From Acidobacteriota bacterium (GTDB lineage: Bacteria > Acidobacteriota > Thermoanaerobaculia > Multivoradales > JBCCEF01): a DNA stretch of 64,000 nt. This document shows, piece by piece, positions 34,201 through 42,062 of this stretch. The stretch spans positions 15,446 to 79,445 of the forward strand of contig JBCCHV010000009.1 in assembly GCA_039028635.1 (NCBI GenBank), given 5' to 3'. Both the position numbers and the translations under genes were made by a program. The notes below the pieces were generated by a model that searched no databases, had not been told where the DNA came from, and worked only from the letters and a program-made list of their open reading frames with translations. Numbering within the stretch: position 1 is the first letter of the stretch; every line of letters begins with the position of its first letter.

Positions 34201-34987
34201 CGGCATGCACACGCTCCTGGTGCGAGCGATCAACGGCAACGGAACCCCCCTCGAAGGCATCGCCGAGATGACCTTCGAGGTGGCGAATCCGGTCGATGAT
34301 GCGCAGATTCTCTCGCTGAGCTTCTCGGATCAGATCGGTTGCGGCGAAACCGCCACCGCCTCGCTCACCCTCGAGAACACCGGCACCACCACCTGGAGCC
34401 GGGACGAGGGCATTCAGCTCGGAGCGGTGGGCAACAGCGATCCTTTCACGGAGACCATCCGGCATCGCCTGCCGGCCGGGGTGACGGTCGCGCCGGGGGA
34501 GAGCCACACCTTCATCTGGCCGATCATGGCGCCGCCGATTGCCGGCACTTCCTTGAGCGACTGGCAGCTTCTGCGCTCCGGCGTCGCCTGGTTCGGTACG
34601 CGCCTGAACCGCAACGTGACGGTGAGCTGCAACCCGCCGGTGCTTCGGCTCGAAGGAGACGGCGGTGCGGTCATCCCGGATGGTGGCTCCGTCGACTTCG
34701 GCCCGGTGACGGTGGGCTCCGCTTCGACGAGCAAGACCTTCACCGTCTGCAACGACGGTCCGAGCCCCAGCACCTTGCTCCTCGACCAGGTGTCGATCAA
34801 GGGATTGGTCGCGGCCTTCTACCTCGACCAGGCCCCCAGTGCCACGGTCGCGGCCGGTTCCTGCACCGACCTGACGGTGCGCTTTGCGCCGGATCAGGTG
34901 GGGACGGCGGTCTCGTCGTTGGTGATCAAGGACTATGACTCCAATCTCCGCTCCCATGCGGTCACTCTCACCGGGACGGGGCTCTGA
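31265..34987 (+). CDS. Giant secreted multidomain protein (tandem ASH/choice-of-anchor-D-like Ig domains, Cys-rich core, NBR1-FW-like domain)
   Basis: Inside ORF 31091..34987. Start at MYLLSAFRLKTILLIVIALTVLGVSQAQA (signal peptide), preceded by ggagagag. Two similar domains of about 105 aa sit at the N-terminus and a third at the C-terminus (SVDFGPVTVGSASTSKTFTVCNDG). The NBR1-like block is CGETATASLTLENTGTTTWSRDEGIQLG...GESHTF...LSDWQLL. Confidence 0.8.
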   Translation: MYLLSAFRLKTILLIVIALTVLGVSQAQATQLVLRQGSERVYPGDEIDFGDIDPGEQRSLSFKLKNNGPGDMVLPDSVRLEGSEFTIPNTPTVVPQGQSRWFAIKTTGTGLGIATRTVTLHFEGGPAEPFEFRVRRKVRNRIKVKHQGQQIGYDEVIDFGRIEPGELKALSFALRNRGSDTIRLGNGLTLAGGAFELPQSPPSEVPPGEAGWFALRTTGSGFGLATETVTIDYADDAAVPFRFRIRRVIGPLVLHNAWLEDGAPFAGELPVDARDWQVMAWNGATSTEVLQGSFREIGGTRLLIDSHSFTAADEREMHLRWHRVIGTLTEAQGGASVVAGVLAEWQVEGAGSIWFLESIETHRDLDLLIAETGRLFQAAESLPSFLAGSMDGMLGGPQKTSGLPPAFLEDGCDDPTALDSCGATFCDRSAQVVEDFFFFLSRNCAVSIAGVLASCPCALAPDPTLSCMVGCFSSIDSTLMGCTPISPSEAIGQLNQIKDEAECCYCDNFLQYNNLCGSCEGQPIRAQVEGLSAGETVDVTATCLGGPVQHQNTVTFDGSAPVEIQEIVVCSEGSSFEVMASKVETPGIVDSRDRECSPTSGYHRTLTPGGEGFTASFECSCSNAVNCPRTRLTGTVSGLTPGQQIRVIANVSSETFPDFFASRTLSTNGSFAFHPSVPRGSVVTFVQETTGADCTVEGKNLGTPLVGPAGSSVEIAEVECNGVPDPCPMRASGQSIGFTAAFRRLQGATGTEDFVAKLESCEGEQLVEVSGPGSYTFPEPVSRGVTYRVSAVASSAGTICSVANGSGTVKDQDIDDIEVFCLLPGRDACLVSPQLCREERPGPTCELQGFRFEEATVFSTGSAGEVIGSHTTIYLIYEVYCSVGRSQGPSTYHQGPIVYLRTNLQDSVAGDLVIRGVARDDRNGIAGVETYIDGQRVQLEGFATHQPDAWTCAEVPGARCDGDSAFSGRLDPADLGLAPGMHTLLVRAINGNGTPLEGIAEMTFEVANPVDDAQILSLSFSDQIGCGETATASLTLENTGTTTWSRDEGIQLGAVGNSDPFTETIRHRLPAGVTVAPGESHTFIWPIMAPPIAGTSLSDWQLLRSGVAWFGTRLNRNVTVSCNPPVLRLEGDGGAVIPDGGSVDFGPVTVGSASTSKTFTVCNDGPSPSTLLLDQVSIKGLVAAFYLDQAPSATVAAGSCTDLTVRFAPDQVGTAVSSLVIKDYDSNLRSHAVTLTGTGL

Positions 34988-35077
34988 TCTCGCGGCGGGC
35001 GGCGTTTCTCGGCGTCGACGGGACGGCTTGGAGAGAGCAGGAATGTCCCTCTCGCTGGCGCTGTTGATTTAAGAAAG

Positions 35078-35107
35078 GCGCCGACCTTCGTGGTCGGCGC
35101 TGTTTTC
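35078..35107 (+). terminator. Rho-independent terminator of the giant gene
   Basis: gcgccgacc-ttcgt-ggtcggcgc stem-loop followed by tgttttcgt. Confidence 0.7.
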
Positions 35108-35185
35108 GTACCCCGATTTGGCGGCCGCAGGCCGCCATTCCCGATTCTTGGAGAGGGCTCGACGCGAGCCGCGGAGGAGATCCCA

Positions 35186-35632
35186 ATGGTGGACGATAAG
35201 CAGAGTGTCGTCGAAGCTCTGGAACGCCTGTTGGCGGATACCTACACGCTCTACCTGAAAACCCACAGCTACCACTGGAACGTCACCGGTCCGATGTTCA
35301 CCACCCTGCACACGCTGTTCGAGACGCAGTACTCGGAGCTCGCCGTGGCGGTCGACGAGATCGCCGAGCGAATCCGCGCCCTGGGGCATCCGGCGCCCGG
35401 CAGCTACTCGCAGTTCAAGGCCTTGGCGACGGTCGAGGAAGATGCCAGCGTGCCCTCCGCCATCGCGATGATCGAACACCTCGCCGCCGACGCCAAGACC
35501 ATCGTCGCCGCAGCTCGCGCCCTGGTGCGGGCCGCGGAAGCGGTCGGCGACGACGCCAGCGGTGACCTCGGAGTGCGACGCATCGACGTCCACGAGAAGG
35601 CCGCCTGGATGCTGCGCAGCCATCTCGAGTAG
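35186..35632 (+). CDS. dps: Dps (DNA starvation/stationary-phase protection ferritin-like protein)
   Basis: Inside ORF 35090..35632, with start at MVDDKQSVV. Has LLADTYTLYLKTHSYHWNVTGPMFTTLHTLFETQY and DEIAERIRALG ferroxidase-site motifs. Confidence 0.9.
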   Translation: MVDDKQSVVEALERLLADTYTLYLKTHSYHWNVTGPMFTTLHTLFETQYSELAVAVDEIAERIRALGHPAPGSYSQFKALATVEEDASVPSAIAMIEHLAADAKTIVAAARALVRAAEAVGDDASGDLGVRRIDVHEKAAWMLRSHLE

Positions 35633-35646
35633 GCGCCCTTCGCCGC

Positions 35647-36036
35647 CTAACCGCCGGCGGCGGCGCGGGCTCGCCGGGTCGCGATGAAGGATCGCACGCA
35701 GAGCACCACGAAGATCACCGACAGCAGCAGGGTCAGAATCTGGGAGAGGAGCGCCGCCGGGCGCTCCGCGGTGCCGTTGAACAGGCTGGGGAGCTGGGGC
35801 AGGGCGCGCAGCGTGCCGAGGGCCCCGAGCAGGCCGACCATGGCGGCACCGTGCATGGCGTGCTTGAGGAAGCGCTCGTTGCGGCCGATGAAGCCGCAAA
35901 GGGCGGCGAGGGCGCCAAGAAAGGCGGGGATCAAGGCGGTCACGCTGGCCTGGCCGGTGGCGAAATATCCGACGACACCGATGATGATCAGGATCAGGCC
36001 ATAGGCGATCGTGGTCACGGGCATATTGGACGTCAT
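35647..36036 (-). CDS. Small four-helix membrane protein, unknown function
   Basis: 129 aa with four hydrophobic segments and a positively charged C-terminus. Confidence 0.6.
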   Translation of the reverse strand: MTSNMPVTTIAYGLILIIIGVVGYFATGQASVTALIPAFLGALAALCGFIGRNERFLKHAMHGAAMVGLLGALGTLRALPQLPSLFNGTAERPAALLSQILTLLLSVIFVVLCVRSFIATRRARAAAGG

Positions 36037-36121
36037 GACGATTTCCTCGGATGGGTTGGGCGTATCGGGTCGCCAGCCAAGGCCGACGGGCCGGTCCTGG
36101 CCTGGCGGAGAAGGTCGTGGC

Positions 36122-36144
36122 GGAGATCGAGTCTCTCGATCTCC
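36122..36144. other. Perfect 10-bp stem hairpin between two minus-strand genes
   Basis: ggagatcgag-tct-ctcgatctcc with no T-tract. A terminator function is uncertain. Confidence 0.35.
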
Positions 36145-36210
36145 AGACGCCTGATTCTTACACCGAACTCAGCGCCGTTGGCGATCGGCACCGGAGACTG
36201 CCGCCGGCGC

Positions 36211-36501
36211 TCAGTCGACGGGGGTCATTTCGTAGAGGGCGAACTCGGCGACGGCGCCTTCGGTGGCCTGCTTGTAGGCCTGCAGGTGGGGCGCGTTCAT
36301 GTGGTCCTGCCAGAGCTCCCGAGACTCCCAGTTCTCGTAGAACATGAAGTGTTCCGGGTTGTCGTTGTCCTGGTGCAGGTCGTACTGCAGGCAGCCGGCC
36401 TCCCGGCGGGTGGTCGCCACCAGGCCCTCGAGCTGCGCCTTGACGAAGTCGACCTGGGCGGGATGGGCGGTGATGTGGGCGACGATGGTGAGCTTGGGCA
36501 T
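36211..36501 (-). CDS. Antibiotic-biosynthesis-monooxygenase (ABM/YgiN-like) domain protein
   Basis: Inside ORF 36211..36690, with start at MPKLTIVAHITAHP (cat 36499-36501). Has FMFYENWESRELWQDHMNAPHLQAY, typical of the ABM family. Confidence 0.8.
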   Translation of the reverse strand: MPKLTIVAHITAHPAQVDFVKAQLEGLVATTRREAGCLQYDLHQDNDNPEHFMFYENWESRELWQDHMNAPHLQAYKQATEGAVAEFALYEMTPVD

Positions 36502-36707
36502 TTCGGCTTCTCCTGGTCTTGGGATGGGATCCGTCGGGCGCAGTATCCACCAGCCGATGCCGAGGACCAAGGGGGCGGCGCGAAGTGGAGGGCAGGCGAT
36601 TCGAAACCGCTGAGGACGCCTGCGGGGATCGCCGTGAGACTGCCTGCAGCGATTCTGCGCTGTACCGGGTGCTGTGGCGCTGATGCCCAATTCCCCGGAG
36701 AAATGCC

Positions 36708-39047
36708 ATGCGGTCCATTGCCTTTTGCCTTGCCCTTCTGTGCGGTCTCCTTCTTATCCCCGGCGGCGAGACGGAGGCCGCCGAGATTCACGCCGACGGC
36801 GTCACCTGCAGCCTGGCCGACGCCATCGTCGCGGCCAATAGCGACACCGCCACCGGCGGCTGTCCCGAGGGCGACTTCGGCGCCGACACCATCGTGCTCG
36901 ATGCCGATGTCACCCTCACCGGGCCTGATGCCGGCTCGACGAACCAGGGAGGGGGGCAGGCCGGCCTCCCGGACATCACCGACGACCTCACCATCCGAGC
37001 CGGGCTCGGTCGGGTGATTCGCAGCTCCCTGGGCGCGACCTGCTCCGCGGCGGGGTTGGGCTTCCGCTTTTTCAATCTCGAGGCGGGTTCGCTGGTGCTC
37101 GAGGGCTTGAGCTTCGAAGAGGGTTGTTTCGTAGCCTCCGCGAATGGCTTCGGGGGCGGCATTGCGACCGCCTCCGGGACCGAGTTGACGCTGGTCGACG
37201 TGACGGTGCGCGATCACCACACCCTCGGGACTGGAGTCAACTTCGATGGTGGCTTTCTCCACAGCCGTAGCTCTCAGGTGGTCATCGAAGGGGGTGTCTT
37301 CGAGGAGATCACGATCGCGGTCTTCAACCTCCGCGGTGGTGTGATCTTCGGCGAGTCATTTTCGGGGCCGATCGCTCTGCGTGGGGTGGCCTTTCGTGAT
37401 CTCGACGTCGAGGGGGAAAACACCTTTCAGGGCGGGGTTCTCGCCACGAGCACCGACACCGAAGTCTCAGGATGCTCCTTCACCGACCTCGAGATGAGGT
37501 CTTCTCGCTCCTTCCAGGGGGGAGTCCTCTACGCCAGCAACAGCTCCTTCGTCTCCTTCATCCTCGATGGCTCCTCCGTGACGGATTTGGTGGCGAGCGG
37601 CAATGGCGTGCAGGGGGGCGCGCTCTACACCAATCAGCAGACCCAGATTCGCAACACCGTTTTCGCTCGCATTCAAGCCATCTCGCTGTCGGGTTGTTCC
37701 GGCGGAGCCGTCTACTCGACCTCGTCGGGAGATCCGCTGCTCGATCGAGTGGTGGTGGCGGAGACCCTCTGCCAGGGAGCCGGGTTCGCCGAGGGTGGCG
37801 GGCTGTTTAGCAGCTCGCCGGACACGGTGGTGCTCGACAGCCTGTTCCGCGACAACCAGGCACGCTTCGGCGGACCGACCTCGAATGGGCGCGGCGGCGC
37901 GATCTTGGCTTTCGATGGCGTTCGGATCGAGCGCTCGACCTTCCTCGGCTGCGGGGTTTCGCCGCTCGACTCGGCGGCCGCCGGGGACGCCGCGGGCGGG
38001 GCTCTTTGGATCAGCGACGAGGTCACCTTGCGCAACGTGACGGTGGCGGACAGCTCGGCCCGGGCCGGTGACGGGCAGGGCCAGGAGCGCTCCGGCGGGT
38101 CGGCGCGGGGCGGCGCCATCTTCTATGGTGAGCAGAGCGGCGGGCGTCTCGACGCCGCCCATCTCACCCTGACCGGCAACCAGGCGATCGCCGGCGATGC
38201 CGATCCCGGCTTGACGGATGGCGACGCCGAGGGCGGCGGCCTCTACATCGCCGCTAGCGATGAGCTCGCGATCAGCAACTCGATCGTCAGCGGAAACACC
38301 ATCACGCGAGCCGAGGAGGACCCGCTGGCGGAGGACTGCTTCGCCGCCGGCGTCGTCTCCTCCTCCGGCTACAACCTGGTGCTCGAACCGGATGCGACCT
38401 GTGAGTTCGCGGCCTTCGGAGACATCGTCGGGCTCGATCCCGAGCTCTATCCGGTGGCCGACTACGGCTGTTACGGGACCCTGCCCGATGGCTCCTGCCT
38501 GCCGACGGCGGCGATTGACCAGACCAGTTGGGCGGTGGACTGGGGAAGCTGTGGCGAGTCCGGAGTCTTCGATGATGCCCGCGGCCAGCTGCGGCGGGAG
38601 GACGTCGTCGGCGTGCCCAACCTCGCCGATGCCTGCGATGCGGGGGCCTTCGAGGCCCGCGACGGCGACGAAGATGGAGTCACCGATGCCGCCGATCTGT
38701 GTCCGGCGGTGGCGGATCCGGACCAGGCCGACGGCGACCTCGACGAGATCGGCGACGCTTGCGATCTCTGCATGGGAGACAACGCAACCGGCGACAGCGA
38801 TGGCGATCGGGTGTGCGATGGCTCCGATGTCTGCCCGGGCTTCGACGATGGTGCCGACGAGGATGGCGACCAGGTTCCGGACGGCTGTGATCTCTGTTTC
38901 GGCGACGACGCCACCGGCGACGGCGACGATGATGGCCTGTGTGCGGACGTCGACTGCGACGACGGCGATCCCGCCAACGCCTGTCCGATCTTCGTCGACG
39001 GCTTCGAGTCCGGCGACACCCTGGCCTGGTCGGCGAGCGTTTCCTGA
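36708..39047 (+). CDS. Secreted right-handed beta-helix repeat protein with C-terminal thrombospondin-type-3-like Ca-binding repeats
   Basis: Signal peptide MRSIAFCLALLCGLLLIPGGETEAA. Many GG(A/V)(I/L/F) repeat rungs (GGGIATAS, GGVLYASN, GGALYTNQ, GGAVYSTS, GGGLFSSS, GGAILAFD, GGALWISD, GGAIFYGE, GGGLYIAA). D-x-D-x-D-G-x-x-D-x-C repeats span 38.6-38.95 kb. Confidence 0.8.
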   Translation: MRSIAFCLALLCGLLLIPGGETEAAEIHADGVTCSLADAIVAANSDTATGGCPEGDFGADTIVLDADVTLTGPDAGSTNQGGGQAGLPDITDDLTIRAGLGRVIRSSLGATCSAAGLGFRFFNLEAGSLVLEGLSFEEGCFVASANGFGGGIATASGTELTLVDVTVRDHHTLGTGVNFDGGFLHSRSSQVVIEGGVFEEITIAVFNLRGGVIFGESFSGPIALRGVAFRDLDVEGENTFQGGVLATSTDTEVSGCSFTDLEMRSSRSFQGGVLYASNSSFVSFILDGSSVTDLVASGNGVQGGALYTNQQTQIRNTVFARIQAISLSGCSGGAVYSTSSGDPLLDRVVVAETLCQGAGFAEGGGLFSSSPDTVVLDSLFRDNQARFGGPTSNGRGGAILAFDGVRIERSTFLGCGVSPLDSAAAGDAAGGALWISDEVTLRNVTVADSSARAGDGQGQERSGGSARGGAIFYGEQSGGRLDAAHLTLTGNQAIAGDADPGLTDGDAEGGGLYIAASDELAISNSIVSGNTITRAEEDPLAEDCFAAGVVSSSGYNLVLEPDATCEFAAFGDIVGLDPELYPVADYGCYGTLPDGSCLPTAAIDQTSWAVDWGSCGESGVFDDARGQLRREDVVGVPNLADACDAGAFEARDGDEDGVTDAADLCPAVADPDQADGDLDEIGDACDLCMGDNATGDSDGDRVCDGSDVCPGFDDGADEDGDQVPDGCDLCFGDDATGDGDDDGLCADVDCDDGDPANACPIFVDGFESGDTLAWSASVS

Positions 39048-39066
39048 TCGTCCGCCGGGCGCCGGC

Positions 39067-40839
39067 TCAATCCCGCGCCAGGGCCTCCAGGGGCTTGGGC
39101 TCGGCGACCCAGTGGCCCTGGATGAAGTCGACGCCGATCTCGGCGAGGAGCTTCTCGGCGGCGGGGCTGGTGACCGACTCGGCGACGGTTTTCATGCCGA
39201 GCAGGTGGCCGAGGCGGTGGATGGACTCGACCATGGCGCGGTCGAGGCGGTCGGTGACCATGTCCTGGATGAAGTGGCCGTCGATCTTGAGAAAGTCGAC
39301 CGGTAGGTCCTTGAGGTAGCCGTAGGAGGACATGCCGCTGCCGAAGTCGTCGAGGGCGAAGCGACAGCCGCGGCTCGACAGCTCCTGGATCAAGCCCTTG
39401 GCCTGATGCAGGTTGGCGATGGCGGCGGTCTCGGTGATCTCGAGACAGAGCTTGTCCGTCGGCACGCCGGTCTCGGCGAGCTGCTCGAGGACGAAGCGCA
39501 GGAAGTTCTCGTCGCCGATCGACACCGCCGAGACGTTGATCCAGCAGAGCTCGACGCCGTCGAGCTCCGCCGGCTCGAGCTCCGCGAGGGTCGCCAGGGT
39601 GGTGCGCAGCACCCAACGGTCGATGCTGCGCATCAGGCCGTAGCGTTCGGCGGCGCGAATGAACTCGCTCGGGTTGTGGACCTCGCCGGGGGCCTCTTCC
39701 ATGCGCAGCAGGACCTCGAAGGAGCGCTTGCTCCGACCGTCCTGGACGGTCGGGCGGATGGTTTGGCCGTAGAGGCGGAAGCGGTCTTCTTCGAGGGTTT
39801 GTTGGATGCGCACCACCCAGTTCATCTCGCCGTGGCGGCGCACGAACTCGGCGGCCGCCGGCTGGTAGACCTGGATACGGTTGCGGCCCTTGTCCTTGGC
39901 CACGTAGCAGGCGTGGTCGGCGGCGCTCATCAGGTGGGCGACGCTCTCGAACTGCGGGCCGAGGGGCACCAGGCCGATGCTGGCGCGGCAGGCGAAGGAC
40001 TTGTCTTGCCACAGGAAGCGGAGCTGGTCGAGGGAGCGGTGGATGGCGGTCACGCGATCGAAGGCCTTGGCGCGGCTGTCGGCCGACAGCAGGAGGCCGA
40101 ACTCGTCGCCGCCGAGGCGGGCGACGATGCCGTCTTCTCGGATCGTCTCCTGCAGGAGGGCCGTCACCCGGACCAGCAGCTCGTCCCCGGCGAAGTGGCC
40201 ACAGGTGTCGTTGACCACCTTGAACTGATCGAGATCCATGTAGGCCAGCACTTGGGTTCGCTTCGAGCTGCGGGCCTTGTCGAGGGCGGCGTAGAGGCGG
40301 GCGTCGAAGGCCTGGCGGTTGAGCAGGCCGGTGAGGGCGTCGTGGGTCGCCTGGTGGGCGAGCTGGAGGGCCAGAAGGCGCTTCTCGGAGACGTCCTGGA
40401 AGACGATGACGGTGCCCAGGAGGCGGTCCTCGGAGTCGCGGATCGGCGACAGCGAGCTCTCGACGGCGAAGCGAGCGCCGTCGCGGCGCAGCAGCGTGGT
40501 GCGATCCATCAGCCGCACCGTGCCGTGCTTGGCGAGGCTCCAACCGGGGGGCGGCTCGATGGGCTCACCGGTGGATTCGGTGACCAGCCGGAAAACCTGG
40601 TCGAGGGGCCGGTCGCGGGCCTCGTCGGCGCTCCAGCCGGTGAGGTGCTCGGCCACCGGGTTGAGGTACTCGACGCGTTCGTCCGGGCCGGTGGTGATGA
40701 CGCCGTCGGCGATCGAGGCGAGGGTCACCAGGGCGAGCTCTTTCTCCGCCGAGAGGGCCTTGACCTGCTGCTCGTAGGCGTGGGTGGTGTGCGCCAGGAG
40801 ATTGCGCAGAATGGCGTTTTCGGTCCTGGGATCGCTCAT
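39067..40839 (-). CDS. PAS-GGDEF-EAL signalling protein (c-di-GMP turnover)
   Basis: PAS (ASIADGVITTG...YLNPVAEHLTGW), a GGDEF domain (RLGGDEFGLLL) and an EAL domain (EITETAAI, DDFGSGMSSYGYLKDLPVDFLKIDG). Confidence 0.9.
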   Translation of the reverse strand: MSDPRTENAILRNLLAHTTHAYEQQVKALSAEKELALVTLASIADGVITTGPDERVEYLNPVAEHLTGWSADEARDRPLDQVFRLVTESTGEPIEPPPGWSLAKHGTVRLMDRTTLLRRDGARFAVESSLSPIRDSEDRLLGTVIVFQDVSEKRLLALQLAHQATHDALTGLLNRQAFDARLYAALDKARSSKRTQVLAYMDLDQFKVVNDTCGHFAGDELLVRVTALLQETIREDGIVARLGGDEFGLLLSADSRAKAFDRVTAIHRSLDQLRFLWQDKSFACRASIGLVPLGPQFESVAHLMSAADHACYVAKDKGRNRIQVYQPAAAEFVRRHGEMNWVVRIQQTLEEDRFRLYGQTIRPTVQDGRSKRSFEVLLRMEEAPGEVHNPSEFIRAAERYGLMRSIDRWVLRTTLATLAELEPAELDGVELCWINVSAVSIGDENFLRFVLEQLAETGVPTDKLCLEITETAAIANLHQAKGLIQELSSRGCRFALDDFGSGMSSYGYLKDLPVDFLKIDGHFIQDMVTDRLDRAMVESIHRLGHLLGMKTVAESVTSPAAEKLLAEIGVDFIQGHWVAEPKPLEALARD

Positions 40840-41966
40840 CGCGGCAGCTCCCGGAGGCGCAGCAGAATCGCTGTCTGGTTGTAGAGGGCAATCGACCCGG
40901 AACGGCTGGGTCCGATCTCGCCGAAGGTCGAGAGGCCGGCCAGCGGGGCGCCGCCGAGGGCGCGGTGGAGATCGGCCGGCTCTTCCTCGGCGCGCTCGCC
41001 GAGGAGCACCTCGCGGCCGTAGCAGGAGAACAGCAGACCGACCTCGCTGCGGAAGGAGGAGGCGAGGGCGCGGCGGTAGCCGGCCTGGAGCAGAGACTTG
41101 TCGCTCGGGATGCCGAAGCGAATTCGCTCGCCGATGCGAAAGTCACCCCAAAAGGTGACGCAGCCGGGGGGATCGTCGAAGGCTCGCAAGGTGCGGAAGA
41201 GGCCGCGGCGATCCTCGTCGGCGCCCTCCAGAATGAGCGGGAACCGCAGCGCCGAGAAGGGCAGCGGGGCGAGCTCTCCCTCGACCTCGAAGAAGCGCCG
41301 AAACCAGGTGGTGGCGGGCTCGCCGTCGATCTCGTAGAGGGTGCTGCCGTCGGCCGCCGTGACGGTGTAGAAGGGCCCTGCCGGCTGCCACTCGGCGAAG
41401 ACTTCGAGGGACGCCTCGATGCCGTCGAACCACACCGCGAGGGCGCCGGCGGGAAGGATTCGGCGGCTCGAGAAGACGCGCGCCCCAGGACCTTCGAAGC
41501 GGGCTCCCTGGGATGCTCTGCCGCCGGCCATCACGGTACGGCAGGAGCCGCCGTCGAGGCTCGACTGCAGGGCGTCGAGGGCCCGGGTGAGGGAGAAGCG
41601 CAGGCCGTCGACCAGGATCAGGCCGCTCTGGTGGTGCTGGGAGCCGTCGGCGAGGCGATGGCCGAACTCGGCGGCGCCGGTGGCCTCGTCGAACACCTCC
41701 ACCGTGACCCGGCTCGCGGGGTTCTCGAGCTCGAGGAGCAGCAGGACGCCGTCACGGCAGGTGTGGCCGTCGACGAACTGACGGACGGCTTCGCTGCCGC
41801 AGACGGGACTTTCGGGCCAGCGGTTGGCGAGGGCTTCGAGGGCATCCTGCAGGCCGTCGCCGGGAGGCAGCCAGGCGAGAACCAGATCGGGCTGCGCGCA
41901 CTCGATCTCAGCCAGTTGGTCGGCCAGCGGGCGATCCGGCTCGAGGGCTATGACGAGGCTCTGCAT
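40836..41966 (-). CDS. FIST (FIST_N + FIST_C) sensory domain protein
   Basis: 376 aa with a FIST-like layout and a GLSTFGEIG C-terminal motif. Its stop overlaps the start of the GGDEF-EAL gene by 4 nt. Confidence 0.7.
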   Translation of the reverse strand: MQSLVIALEPDRPLADQLAEIECAQPDLVLAWLPPGDGLQDALEALANRWPESPVCGSEAVRQFVDGHTCRDGVLLLLELENPASRVTVEVFDEATGAAEFGHRLADGSQHHQSGLILVDGLRFSLTRALDALQSSLDGGSCRTVMAGGRASQGARFEGPGARVFSSRRILPAGALAVWFDGIEASLEVFAEWQPAGPFYTVTAADGSTLYEIDGEPATTWFRRFFEVEGELAPLPFSALRFPLILEGADEDRRGLFRTLRAFDDPPGCVTFWGDFRIGERIRFGIPSDKSLLQAGYRRALASSFRSEVGLLFSCYGREVLLGERAEEEPADLHRALGGAPLAGLSTFGEIGPSRSGSIALYNQTAILLRLRELPR

Positions 41967-42006
41967 GCCGGTGGTGATCGGGTTGTGCCGGTGGTGATCG
42001 GGTTGT
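41967..42006. repeat. Perfect 20-bp tandem duplication abutting the FIST start codon
   Basis: gccggtggtgatcgggttgt occurs twice, at 41967-41986 and 41987-42006. Confidence 0.9.
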
Positions 42007-42062
42007 GGCGGGTGTCGAGGGCGAGAGTTTCGGAGGGTCGTCGTGGGGAGCGCTGGGTCGTT

